Source: Eledone cirrhosa
Lineage: Eukaryota
Assembly (NCBI GenBank): GCA_964016885.1
Contig: OZ024742.1
Span: 307,954,001-308,018,000, forward strand
Reading direction: 5' to 3'
Length of the DNA: 64,000 nucleotides
The notes below the pieces were generated by a model. It did not search any database and had not been told where the DNA came from. It saw nothing but the letters and a program-made list of their open reading frames with translations. Made by a program: the position numbers and the translations under genes. The stretch's first letter is position 1, and every line of letters starts with the position of its first letter. Shown in pieces: positions 1 to 14,519 of the stretch.

Positions 1-113
1 TATTTTCCTTATTCCCACCTACTCTCTACCTTACCCTTTACATGACCACCCCCTTTTGATTTTTAGATATTAAATTTACGTGTATGTATGTTGTTGTGTA
101 TATGTGTATATAA

Positions 114-157
<44 letters not shown>

Positions 158-172
158 GTGTGTATATGTATG

Positions 173-1478
173 TAATAACTAGAAATTTATTAACATATAT
201 GTAAACATGAATAATCACAGGAGATAATTTTTACAAGTGTGTAACCACACATAGCTAGGTAGGTAACTAAATAAAGTTGACTAGAACTTCAAAAATAGAT
301 ACCTTATAATATGATTAACCTTCCCTGTATATATTCCATTAAAGAAATATATTTCACCAATTAATCAGATGGTAAACCACGGAAGTGGAGATTTTGGATT
401 TTCAACAAGGAAGAAAATATATTCAGCCATCCGTGCTTACACTTCAAGTTCAAATCTGCAACTGGCTACTATCACGTGTTGCATCTATTATAAATAAATA
501 CACACGCCACAGCAGCTTCGTCCCAGTGGCGTGAATTGGGTTATCGACAACTAGAAACAGCAGTCGAGTCCTTTCAACAGAATTAGCTCTACAATTAAGG
601 AGCCGTATTTATATATCTATATCCATAATTAAGATAAATTAAATGAATTTAATCTAAATCAAAATTATGGGTGTCATGCCGGAAAGGCATGCGCCATATC
701 ACCCGGAAAATAAGCTCTAAGATTCTAACAAATAGGTCCGAGCATTTTATAATAACCAGAAATTGATTAACATATATATAAACATGAATAATCACAGGAG
801 ATAATTTTTACAAGTGTGTAACCACACATAGCTATGTAGGTAACTAAATAAAGTTGACTAGAACTTCAAAAATAGATACCTTATAATATGATTAACCTTC
901 CCTGTATATATTCCATTAAAGAAATATATTTCACCAATTAATTCTGTTGAAAGGACTCGACTGCTGTTTCTAGTTGTCGATAACCCTATTTACGCCACTG
1001 GGACGAAGCTGCTGTGGCGTGTGTATTTATTTATAATAGATGTGGTAGTAGCCAGTTGTAGATTTGAACTTGAAGTGTAAGCACGGATAGGTGGATATTT
1101 TCTTCCTTGTTGAAAATCCAAAATCTCCACTTCCGTGGTTTACCATCTGATTAATTGGTGAAATATATTTCTTTAATGGAATATATACAGGGAAGGTTAA
1201 TCATATTATAAGGTATCTATTTTTGAAGTTCTAGTCAACTTTATTTAGTTACCTACCTAGCTATGTGTGGTTACACACTTGTAAAAATTATCTCCTGTGA
1301 TTATTCATGTTTATATATATGTTAATCAATTTCTAGTTATTATAAAATGCTCGGACCTATTTGTTAGAATCTTAGAGCTTATTTTCCGGGTGATATGACG
1401 CATACCTTTCCGGCATGACACCCATAATTTTGATTTAGATTAAATTCATTTAATTTATCTTAATTTTGGATATAGATG
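173..1478. repeat. Non-coding 577-bp unit: partial direct tandem (173-941) followed by an inverted near-complete copy (939-1478); PLE/retrozyme-like architecture
   Basis: TAATAAC(T/C)AGAAATT recurs at 173 and 750. 939-1478 is the reverse complement of the unit, read from about 585 backwards through the junction to about 615. Flanked by TA/TG microsatellite. No credible ORF. Confidence 0.85.
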
Positions 1479-1520
1479 TATATGTATGTATACATTTTTA
1501 TATATATGTGTATGTATGTG

Positions 1521-1557
<37 letters not shown>

Positions 1558-1943
1558 TTATATGTGTGTGTGTGTGTATTTTTATTTATGTGGTGGTGTA
1601 ACCCTTTGTACTTATGTGTGTGTGTACATTAGTGTGTGTGTATATATATACACATATATATATGTGTATATGATTATATGTATATATATATGTATATATA
1701 TATATATGTATATGTATATATATTTGTATGTAGTTGGTTGTGTGTGTATGTATGGTTTTATATGTATATGCATAATTACATACAGAGTTTTTTAATGCTT
1801 ACTTTTATTGGTTATTTGTTCCAGGAACTGTTGAGTGCTCTTAATCAGCTATAAACATTTATACCTATATTTTTTATTTGTCGTATGCCCTACTATTTGA
1901 AAACCCCTTCCTTCCCTTTATTTTTATTTTGTGTATGTATGTA

Positions 1944-2048
<105 letters not shown>

Positions 2049-2096
2049 AATGAATAATAACAGGTAGACATCATAAAAAAGGTAATTTATTCCGTG

Positions 2097-2190
2097 TGCT
2101 TACAAATGTTTCCACGGTGGTAATACAGCCTAGTTATGCTATTTGCAGAACTCAAATATCAAATGCTGTGACTACTGTATCATCAGAGCA
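2097..2190 (-). ncRNA. Type I hammerhead ribozyme in the PLE 3' pLTR (helix II partly decayed)
   Basis: Minus strand: UGCU-CUGAUGA-UACAGUAGU...ACCACCGUG-GAAA-C-AUUU-GUA-AGCA. Helix I is UGCU/AGCA, helix III is minimal, cleavage triplet GUA. Confidence 0.75.
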
Positions 2191-2685
2191 GAATGGTTAA
2201 AATGCACAATGTAAATACGCTTAAGTGAGGTTATTGGAGAAGATAGAGTAGAAAAGGAAGAGAGAAAAGTAGGGGAGAGGGAGAGAGAGAGAAAGATATG
2301 CAGGGGTTGGAGAAATAGGAGAGAGTGGTTTGTAGATATCTTAATCAAAATGTTATGGTAGGGGTTTTATTATACTGGTTACTTTTAGAGAGATGCGTTG
2401 ATAGTCAAGGTTGGAATTATTTATTGCCCCAGAGGGCAGGTTCATAGATGTGGAGAGGGAGGTAGGCCAAAGGAGAGAGAGAGAGAGAGAGTGGAATGGA
2501 TATAGAGGGAGAGATAGAGAGGGGACAGACGAAGCCTATGGGGTGGGTGAACTTTGGGTTCGTAGTAGTAATCTGCGAATTGCACTGAGTTACCATTTAT
2601 AGTGATAAGCAGAGTATTGTCTTGTAGTGTGGGGGAAGAGAAGGTGGTTAGCTAGAAAGCGATGTTATAGTTACGGGTTCGAATG

Positions 2686-2928
2686 TTAAGTTATTTTATA
2701 GTGAGAGAACTTAGCTTTTAGTTTGTGGTTGCAGTATAATGATCGTTCGATTCTATCGTTAAGTAGTTTATTTTTGGATTTTAATATGTAAAAGAGTTCA
2801 AGGTTACATAACCTACAGTACTTCAATCCACTCCGATATGCACTTGCGCTGGAAAGTATATCCCATTTTAAGGTGAAATGTTGGTTGCGTTCACGGAGTT
2901 GCCAGGTCTTGTTGGCGAGCGTGGTCAC
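2686..2928 (-). pseudogene. PLE GIY-YIG endonuclease, C-terminal fragment
   Basis: T.LA..W.L, W.I, CxLCxxE, LN and CxH motifs shared with the other PLE endonucleases in the window. Confidence 0.8.
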
Positions 2929-3072
2929 ATCCTGATCACCGTTTTGTGACTACGCTCGCCAACAAGACCTGGCAACTCCGTGAACGCACCAACAGTTCAC
3001 CTTAAAATGGGATATACTTTCCAGCGCAAGTGCATATCGGAGTGGATAATTCAAATCCTGACACCAGGATTT

Positions 3073-3132
3073 TTTCATTCTGATGAATGAAAGCAATTTT
3101 GGTTGCTTTCAAGAAACCACTGGTAAATGAAA
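3073..3132 (+). ncRNA. Type I hammerhead ribozyme, apparently intact
   Basis: UUUCAUU-CUGAUGA-A-UGAAAGCAA-UUUUGG-UUGCUUUCA-A-GAAA-CC-ACU-GGUA-AAUGAAA: 7-bp helix I, 9-bp helix II, short helix III, predicted cut after GUA at 3125. Confidence 0.9.
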
Positions 3133-3284
3133 TAATTATCTTATGTTGTTTATTACATAACTATATATATATATATATATATAGTTATGTAATATATATA
3201 TATATATATATAAAGAAATAGGATTTCGCTTCAAGCGTAGCTTATATATATTTGGAGATACGAAATATTTATACAAATTGTATA

Positions 3285-3335
3285 AACTCCGCCTTAGCCG
3301 GTCCCAAGCCCGGTTGAGAAAGGAGGATGGTTGGG
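3285..3335 (+). ncRNA. Twister ribozyme (3' cleavage product) at the RTE 5' end
   Basis: AACUCC-GCC-UUA-GCCGG-UCCCAAGC-CCGG-UUGAGAAA-GGAG-GAUGG-UUGG matches the twister consensus: P2 CUCC/GGAG, P4 CCGG/CCGG, L4 UCCCAAGC. GAUGG replaces canonical GAGGG. Confidence 0.85.
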
Positions 3336-3454
3336 GCGTGGGGTTAGCAGCCCTACCCCCGTAAAAACTTTTCACCGATACAGAAACGACGAGAAAAAAC
3401 CATTTTGATACCCAGTGGCGGAAAAGGGAAGGCACGTCACCCCTAGATGCACCT

Positions 3455-5442
3455 ATGATGGGGCCGGGTCAAAGCCGAAAGGAGGCCCGACCGCGGATAA
3501 GTCCTATCTTCAACGCCAAATCAAACACAAGAGTAAGTACCTGAAATGTCCGCACGTTCTTTCCGGACGGGCGGGGCAGCAGGTGCTGAAGGAGATGAGA
3601 GAATATCGTCTTGACATCATGGGCATCAGCGAGACGAGGTGGACAGGACGTGGACGACTCGACAGCGGAGACATTACTATTCTCTACTCCGGTGATGATG
3701 ACCACCATGTCCACGGAGCTGGTATCATCCTCACGAGATGTATCACTGGCTCTTGTGGGATGGAGGCCAGTGAGTGAACGAATTATTACTGCCAGATTGA
3801 GCACAAGGTTAGCCAAGGTGACCGTAGTGCAAGTCTACGCCCCGACTGAAGCTGCCTCAGATGAAGATAAGGACACCTTCTTTATCCAACTACAGGATGT
3901 CCTAGAGGAAACACCCAGGTCAGACATTAGGCTGGTGATTGGTGACTTCAATGCCAAGCTAGATGGAGACAGGAGAGAAATGCATTCAGCCATTGGCCCC
4001 CACGGTTCAGCTGATTCCACCAATAACAACGGGAAACGGTTGCTGTCAGTGAGCAGTATCAGCAACCTCTCCATCGGGAAGACATTCTTCACCCATAGGC
4101 GGATTCACAAAATGACATGGACTTCCCCTGATGGCAACACCAGGAATGAGATTGATTATATCTGCATTGGAACGAGGTGGCGTTCCTCTCTCTTGGATGT
4201 CCGCACCTACCGATGGGCAGACGTCGGATCTGACTATCATCTTGTGGTTGGAGAAATCCGCTTGAGGCTGAAGAAGAACAAAGCAAATAAGACTGTGAGG
4301 CCATATGCTGTCGCAAGCCTGCAAGACCAAGGCACGTCAGAGGGATTCTACCTGGAGATCAGGAATAAGTTCCAAGAACTACAGCACGCACAGAACCGTG
4401 AAGACCAGTGGCAGATGTTTTCTCAGGCGGTCCCAGAGAAATATATTAACATCTTCAGGTCGCTGTACCGACATTCCAGGTGCTGCGTTAGGACAAAGGA
4501 CGGAAATACGGAAATGTTTGACATCTTGACGGGTATTCGACAAGGCTGCATCCTTTCACTTTCCATTTCCTCATTGTCATCGATTTCATCATGAAGAAGA
4601 CAATGAGTGACCCTCGTTTTGGCATCAGTTGGGATGGTCGGAGATTATGCGACCTGGACTTTGCCGATGACATCGCAGTGATAGGCCATTCCCAAGAAGA
4701 CCTGCAAGAGATGACAAACGTTCTAAATGACAATGCAGAGAAAGTTGGCCTGCGCATCAGTTGTGAGAAAACCAAGACCATGTCGACAGGTGACCCTCCA
4801 AATCCTCTCCTCATGGTTGGCCACCGTAACATTGAATGTGTAAACCACTTCCAATACCTTGGCAGCAACATCTCTGACGATGGGGAAGCTGAGGTGGATG
4901 TGCGCACAAAGCTGGGAAAAGCTGCGGCGGTCTTCCAGCGACTCCGTCCGGTATGGTCCAGGTGTTCCATCAGCAACGCCGTCAAATTCCATGTTTACAT
5001 GTCCATTGTAGTACCAACCGCGATATATGCCTGTGAGACATGGAAGAGTACGGAAAGTGTATGTAACAAGCTTGATGTATTCCACCATCGTTGCATTCGG
5101 ACCATATTGGAAATTTCATGGAGAGACAAAGTTAGCAACGAGGAAGTGATGAGGCGGTCAGGATTAGAGAGGTTAAGGGACAATGTCCGGAAAAGGAGAC
5201 GGCGGTTCGCGTGCCACATCCTTTGTTTGCCGGCAGATCGACCTGCTCATATTGCCATGGATTGGGTACCAGAAGGTGGCAGGAGAGAACGGGGAAGACC
5301 ACAAAAAACATGGCGGAGCACATTCAGGGAGGACCTGCGGGAGATGGGAATTACCTGGATAGGTGCTAGAAGGGCCGCCAGTGACAGGATCAAGTGGGGG
5401 AAGCTCGTCGCCCAATGTTCCACAAGGTACTGGAGGAATTAA
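3455..5442 (+). pseudogene. RTE APE-RT polyprotein, frameshifted, with a stop in APE motif I and the N-terminal part of the RT deleted
   Basis: ORFs 3415-3777, 3611-4594 and 4591-5442 carry consecutive pieces. EDQWQMFSQA is joined directly to VPEKYINIFRSLY at about 4430. Confidence 0.88.
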
Positions 5443-5447
5443 GACTA

Positions 5448-5505
<58 letters not shown>

Positions 5506-5519
5506 GAAAACTTGAACCG

Positions 5520-5625
5520 TTAAGGTATATTTTCTTGGTTATGTCAACATTTATAAAACAAACTTTGTACTTTATTTGATGAAAGCGTTCAAAATGTTGG
5601 TACCCTTGAAATACATATTTATATA
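5520..5625 (+). repeat. Short pLTR-like repeat with a decayed hammerhead; paralogue at 50410-50510
   Basis: TTTCTTGG.TAT.TCAACATTTATAAAACA...(T/C)TGATGA.AGCGT...TACCCTTGAAATA is present at both loci. Confidence 0.6.
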
Positions 5626-5782
5626 TATATATATATATATCGCTTTCAGCGTTTCTTTGCTTAAACTTTAATATGTTATTTTAATAAATATTTGCTCTAC
5701 GGTTCTTATATATCTGATATATATTTATCCTTATCGAGCCCTCTTTGGATTTTAGTCTTCAAATTTATTATTATTACTATAT

Positions 5783-5872
<90 letters not shown>

Positions 5873-6373
5873 TCAGGGCGAAACAGATTAACTCTTTAAT
5901 CTGTCCGGGAGATGAAATGATTATTGATATGGTAAGTATGAGAAATCTTGTAACATCCCATATGATTCAGGTTGAATGATATATAACATTTGTGGTGTAA
6001 TCTACCCTCGTAATTTTAGACACGGGTTTACTGTGTTTACTTCTACACATATTAATATATTAATTGTTTCTACTTTAGGCACAAGGCCAGCAATTATCCA
6101 GTACATTACTGGTACTTTATTTTATCGACCCCGTAAGTATGAAAGGCAAAGTTAACCTTGGCTATAATGCTCAGTATTTATACTTTGAGTTTGTAATTGC
6201 AGGGTATCTATATGAGTTAATAACTCTATATTTTATTTGTATTTCGGCTCCTTATCTGTTGAGCTTATAAAAATGAGTGTAGATAGGCTATTATTTCTAG
6301 CATAACCACTCCCACCGAAATATGACTTTCAACGCACTACTTTAGTTGTAGGTGTTATGTAACATTTAGTCTT

Positions 6374-6465
6374 ATCTCCTGCTGACGAAATGCCTACGGA
6401 TTACTTGTTACAAACACGATTCATTCATGGCGAAACAGATTAAATATTTAGTTTCTGCGGGAGAT
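6374..6465 (+). ncRNA. Type I hammerhead. This copy has a decayed cleavage site; an intact 3' half lies at 5877-5913
   Basis: AUCUCCUG-CUGACGA-AAU-GCC...GGC-GAAA-CAGAUUAA...CGGGAGAU. The upstream copy reads GAAA-CAGAUUAA-CUCU-UUAAUCU-GUC-CGGGAGAU. Confidence 0.75.
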
Positions 6466-6624
6466 GAAATGATTATTGATATGGTAAGTATGAGAAATCT
6501 TGTAAGAAATCTTGTAACATCCCATATGATTCAGGTTGAATGATATATAACATTTGTGGTGTAATCTACCCTCGTAATTTTAGACACGGGTTTACTGTGT
6601 TTACTTCTACACATATTAATATTA

Positions 6625-6809
6625 TAATTGTTTCTATTTTTGGCACTAGGCCAGCAATTCCCAGTGCATTACGGGTACTTTATTTTATCGACCCCGTAAG
6701 GATGAAAGGCAAAGTTATCCTCGGCGGGATTTGAACTTAGATCATAAAGGGACGTAACTATGCTGGAAAGCATGGCGTCCAACCCTCTACCGATACTGCC
6801 AATCCACCG
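6625..6809 (-). mobile_element. tRNA-derived SINE, family 1 (a deleted copy lies at about 6063-6160)
   Basis: A-box-like TGGCAGTATCGG, B-box GTTCAAATCC, and core TTTGCCTTTCATCCTTACGGGGTCGATAAAATAAAGTACC (resembles the Meta-SINE domain). About 10 copies in the window. Confidence 0.85.
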
Positions 6810-6887
6810 AATGCTCAGTATTTATACTTTAACCTTCTTAATTGCAGGGTATGTATATGAGTTATTAACTCTATATTTTATTTTATT

Positions 6888-7073
<186 letters not shown>

Positions 7074-7573
7074 GTTTGTATATGTATAATAAAGCCAAAA
7101 CAATGCAGGTATGGACATAGAATAAAGAATGCAAATGCAAAAGATATTGTTGAAAATTAGTCTTTTACCTTAGATTTATTTAAATGTCCTTAATTTTCGA
7201 GATAATATCTCTTCTTCGGAGGGAAATAAAGGTCTCAAACCAGTGTTCTAAATAGCTTGCCAAGTCATGCTGACAGGAAATGGTATAGAGTATCTGTTCT
7301 ATCTCTAATGTCAAAGAGTTAAGATTAGGTGGATAAAGAGTAGTCTCCCTTTAAAAGGTTTTTTTTTTTTTTTTTTTGTACAAGCCTGTTTAAGTGTGTG
7401 GGAGAATGCATGAAGGTGTAAGTATGTAAGTGTGTGTGTGTGTGAGTGTGAGAATATATGTCTATACGTAAATGTGGGGGATAGATGTTATCAAGTGTTA
7501 GAACTGGTTTTGTGTGTGTATGTGTGAGAGAGAATAAGTGGAGGTGTTAGCGTGTGGGTGTGTGTGCGTGTGC

Positions 7574-7629
<56 letters not shown>

Positions 7630-7947
7630 GCGTGCGTGTGTGTGGGGTGTGTGTAAATATGGGGCTAGAATCTCTATCAAGTTATAATTCTAAGATTGCC
7701 GAGGTTTCTTTCCTTAGTTTCTATCCTAACTGTTATGGTTTTGTCGGTGTTTTTGCATTTAACTAGGTGTTTCTTAAATGAGGAAGCGTTAGTATTGAGG
7801 TGTTCTTTTATTCTTATGTGGAGTGGTCTGGTGGTGCTACCTACGTAGAAGTTGTTGCATTTGTCACACTCTAGTCTGAATACGACGTAAGCCTGGTGGC
7901 ATATGTCTGTGTCGTTGATGGGGCAGTTGGCTAGTCTGCAGCAGTTG

Positions 7948-8750
7948 TCATGTCTGGTGGAGTGTCTTTTGGTTAGCTGTCCGCGTAGAGAAGGACCTGA
8001 GTGGGCCAGTTGGATATCTAGTTAGTCCCTCTCGTCTGATAGCTCTGCGGATGGCTGTTGTTGTTTCTTCACTGAAGTGTGGGAGCTTCAGGAAGCAAGT
8101 GTTAGTGCCTCGGGTGTGGTGTCCTCTGTTCTTTCTGGCACGGTTTGTGGTGGATGTCGTGTATCCGTTCAGTTTGAGTACTTCCAGAAAATGTGTGGTG
8201 TGTGTGTCTCGGTCTCTAGCGTCGGTGCATTTGTTCCGGATACGTGCCAGTTCGTTCTTTATGTATCCAAACTTAGCGCCGGATGGGAGGGCCGATCTGA
8301 AATGTACGAACAGGTCCCTGCTGGCGGCTTTTTTATAGAAGCAGGTGTGAATGTTGCCTACCTCTGTTACCCTGAGTTGGAAGTCCAGTGGGGATAGGGA
8401 TCCGCGGTCATCGGGGTGTTCCATGCTGAACTTTATACTGGCGTCCATGCTGGAGAATGCTGTGTATATTTTATCTGCCTCCTCACGGGATGATGTAAGG
8501 ATGAGTATGTCATCTACATATCGGGTGAAGAAGGTATGGGAATGGCAGGTGTTGAGGGCTCGGCATTCTAGCTGGTTCATGTAGATGATGGCCAGCAGGC
8601 CCGATAGGCTGGATCCCATGGGTAATCCTGTTGTCTGTCTGTATGTGTGGTGGTGGAAGGTGAAGTACCTGTTGTCTACTGTGAAGGACAAAAGCTGGTG
8701 TATGTCCGTCGGGTGGAGGCCGTAGCAGTGGATCTCCTCTGCGACCACGC
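7948..8750 (-). pseudogene. PLE reverse transcriptase fragment
   Basis: YFTF...YRQTTGLPMGSSLS, FTRYVDDILIL, FSMEH, LDF, FYKK..S, HFRS. Frameshifts before the endonuclease. Confidence 0.9.
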
Positions 8751-9387
8751 AACAACTTCTACGTAGGTAGCACCACCAGACCACTCCACATAAGAATAAA
8801 AGAACACCTCAATACTAACGCTTCCTCATTTAAGAAACACCTAGTTAAATGCAAAAACACCGACAAAACAATAACAGTTAGGATAGAAACTAAGGAAAGA
8901 AACCTCGGCAATCTTAGAATTAAGGAAGCACTAATTATAGACAAAACACACCCACCAATCAATAATAGACTAGAACTCAACACCCAATTTATAACTTGAT
9001 AGAGCTTCTAGCACCATATTTACACACACACACGCACACACACACGCTTACACCTCCACTTATTTTCTCTCACACATACACACACAAAACCAGTTCTAAC
9101 ACGAGATAACATCTATCCCCCACATTTACGTATAGACATATCTTCTCACACTCACACACACACACTCACATACTTACACCTTCATGCATTCTCCCACACA
9201 CTTAAACAGGCATGTACAAAAAACAACAACAAAATAACAAAAAAAACAAAAAAACCTTTTAAAGGGAGACTACTCTTTATCAACCTAATCTTAACTCTTT
9301 GACATTAGAGATAGAAACAGATACTCTATACCATTTCCTGTCAGCATGACTTGGCAAGCTATTTAGAACACTGGTTGACAACAATAC

Positions 9388-9426
9388 TTCGCTCTGAAGA
9401 AGAGATATTATCTCGAAAATAAAGGA
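9388..9426 (+). ncRNA. Minimal hammerhead-like motif lacking helix III, in the pLTR (mirror copies at about 7187-7225 and 24799-24836, minus strand)
   Basis: Consensus of three copies: CCU-C(U/C)GAAGA-A-GAGAU-AUU-AUCUC-GAA-AAUU-A-AGG. No single copy is fully canonical. Confidence 0.55.
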
Positions 9427-9585
9427 CATTTAAATAAATGTAAGGTAAAAGACTAATTGTCAACAATATCTTTTGCATTTGCATTCTTTATTCTATGTCC
9501 ATACCTGCATTGTTTTGGCTTATATTATACATATACAAACGTTTATACCTCATTACACAATGCTTCAAGTGAACTATAACCTCCT

Positions 9586-9587
<2 letters not shown>

Positions 9588-9677
<90 letters not shown>

Positions 9678-9711
9678 GTATATGTATATGTATGTATATA
9701 TGTATATGTAT

Positions 9712-9759
<48 letters not shown>

Positions 9760-9760
9760 G

Positions 9761-9809
<49 letters not shown>

Positions 9810-9845
9810 GTATATATATATAATATACATATATATATATAGATG

Positions 9846-9919
<74 letters not shown>

Positions 9920-10050
9920 ATATATATATATACATATATATATATATGTATATATATATATGTATATATATTATATATATATATGTATGTAATATATATA
10001 TATATGTGTATATATATATATATATGTATATATATATGTATATATATATG

Positions 10051-10083
<33 letters not shown>

Positions 10084-10202
10084 GTATATATATATGTATA
10101 TATATATGTATATATATATTATATATATGTATATATATATATATGTATATTATGTATATATATATACATATATGTATATTTATATGTATATACATATATA
10201 TG

Positions 10203-10254
<52 letters not shown>

Positions 10255-10325
10255 CATATATATATACATATATATATATACATATATATATATACATATA
10301 ACATATATATACATATATATAATAC

Positions 10326-10357
<32 letters not shown>

Positions 10358-10490
10358 ACATATATACTATATATATATATATATATATATACATATATAT
10401 ACATATATATATATATTATATATATATACATATACATATATATACATATATATATATTTATATATATATATATATATACATATATATATC

Positions 10491-10551
<61 letters not shown>
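9588..10551. repeat. Long imperfect (TA)n microsatellite array
   Basis: Direct reading: TA repeats interrupted by TACA/TGTA. Confidence 0.98.
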
Positions 10552-10555
<4 letters not shown>

Positions 10556-12311
10556 CTTTGAAATGTTTTGGCCAGTATTGGCCCAGGCCATGTCTAACTT
10601 AATAGCACCACCTGGCGAAGTCTTTCAATTCAGGATTTGGGCACCATGGCCCATTCGAGAAGAGAATTACTGTTTGCGGAGACATATCCGGGTGTGGGTG
10701 GTTTGTCCGGGATTACTTGGAGGAATTTGTCCAAAGACTTCTTGAATTTTGTGTGGTCAGTTTCTGTTTTGACGTGTCCTGTGTGATGTTGAAGAGAGCA
10801 GGGCCGATTGAGGTGAAATAATTGTGCCGTATTGTTGTTATGAGTTGCGATTTAGATTTTTGAATGGGACGGATAGCACGGGGCCCAAGCCTTGGGTGTA
10901 TCTTGAAGGCGATGCCAAGATCATTTGGGCAGTGATGATGGAACATTTTCCACATCATGCAGATAATATAACGCTCACGGCGACGTTGGAGTGAGTAAAG
11001 TTTCAGGTTTTCCAATCGACCCCAGTAGTCAAGGTCTGACATGCCATCTATCTTTTTCGTGATTGCCCTTTGAGGAGCTTCAAGTTTCATGATACTTTGT
11101 TTCGTGTGGGGAGACCACAGTGGACAACAGTATTCAAGGTGTGGTCGGGCGAAAGTAGAGAAGAGAAGGATAATGGGTGCGGGAATCTCTCGACTGGAAG
11201 GTTCTGAGGATCCAGGAACACATTCTGCGGGCCATGTCAACTTTGCTGCTTATATGCGTGGTCCAGCTTATGTTGCTGTCCACGGTTACTCCCAAGTCTC
11301 TGATGTTGTTAGATGCCACGAGAGTTTCCCCGGAGGGACAGGGAGTACGGGAGTTTCAGAGCATCCTCTTTTCCAAAGTGGATCAGTTCGAATTTGTCTT
11401 CGTTCAGTAACATGTTGTTCTTTTCTGCCCATTGGGTAACAGCCAGTAGGTCTGACTGAAGGCTTATCCGGTCATCCACGCCATTGATGACCTTTGAGAG
11501 CTTGGAATCATCAGCGAAAATTTTAATGTTGCTGTGTTTGATGATGTCAGTGATGTCATTAATATTAGATGATGAAGAGAAGTGGGCCCAACACAGTGCC
11601 TTGTGGGACTCCACTACTGACTTTGGCTGGGCTTGTGTGGGACTCCACTACTGACTTTGGCTGGGCTTGATTTGACTCCCTCAACTACAACATGTTGGGT
11701 TCTGTTTGACAGGAAGCTCTTGATCCACTGCAGCAGCTTTCCAGTGACACCAATATTGGACAGCTTTCTCAGTAGAATGTTATGATCAATCCTGTCAAAG
11801 GCCTTGCTGAAATCAAGGTAGATAACATCAGTGTTGGAACCCTCTCCCAAGGCTCTCAAAATGTCATCAAAGTGATGCAGTAGTTGCGTCAGGCAATCCC
11901 TTCCATTACGGAATCCATGCTGGTTGGAGTTCAGCATATTGTTACTCTCAAGGAAGTGGGTCATTCGCGATCTCACCACTCGCTCAAATACCTTAATGAT
12001 ATGAGAGGTGAGTGAGATTGGACGGTAATTCACGCCAAGGGATTTGTTTCCCTTTTTGAAAACTGGGACAACAGACTGGGATAGAAGGTTTTCTGGCACA
12101 TATCCAGCATCCAGTGAGTTCCGCCACAGATTGGCAAGAGGAGAAGCAAGTTGGTGTTGACACGCCTTCAAGACACAAGCAGGGAACCTATCGGGACCTA
12201 CTGCTGAATTATGCTTGATTTCCTTTATTGCCGCCAAGACATCAGGGGCGCCAAACGTTATGTCCGATAAGGTGTAATGGGGAGTAACATCGCCGATACA
12301 GCCCAGATCGG
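10552..12311 (-). mobile_element. 5'-truncated CR1-group LINE (RT and 3' UTR), same family as 20398-24097
   Basis: [39 protein letters not shown]. Nearly identical to 22360-24087. Has a 33-bp tandem duplication at about 11602-11669 and frameshifts. Both ends lie in (TA)n. Confidence 0.93.
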
Positions 12312-14247
<1,936 letters not shown>

Positions 14248-14435
14248 TAGTAATATGAAATACGTCCTTTCACGCACAAGGCGCCAAGGTACGCATGTAT
14301 TGTCCAACCAAGTGCCAGTGTGGTTCAATGGCGGGTTAATAAATTAACGAGCCAGAACAAATATAAACAAGGTTTAGTAAATAATGAAAAAGTTTCAAAA
14401 TAAATTTTAAAAAATTGACTTTACCTACTATAGTT

Positions 14436-14519
14436 ACCTTTACCGATCGGTTTCGAATCCCAAAAATAAAACGGAGACCATACGGTCTTCGTTGCAAAGA
14501 GAGATTCTCGTCAGAAGGT
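14436..14519 (-). ncRNA. Type I hammerhead ribozyme (mirror copy of 15352-15435)
   Basis: Minus strand: ACCUU-CUGACGA-GAAUC...GAUUC-GAAA-CCGAUCG-GUA-AAGGU. Confidence 0.9.

Larger units (their letters stand above)
3285..5450 (+). mobile_element. RTE-clade LINE with an intact 5' end and an internal deletion
   Basis: APE motifs (ST*NVRT, MGISETRW, QVYAPT, IGDFNA, NEIDYI, SDYH) and RT motifs (GIRQGC, LDFADD, FQYLGS, RGRP..TW). 3' end TAAGACTAAG runs into (TA)n. Confidence 0.93.

Noticed and set aside
500-590. HDV-like ribozyme in the 577-bp unit
   Set aside because: I could not build P3/L3, P1.1 and J4/2 in the required order; only a simple hairpin is supported.
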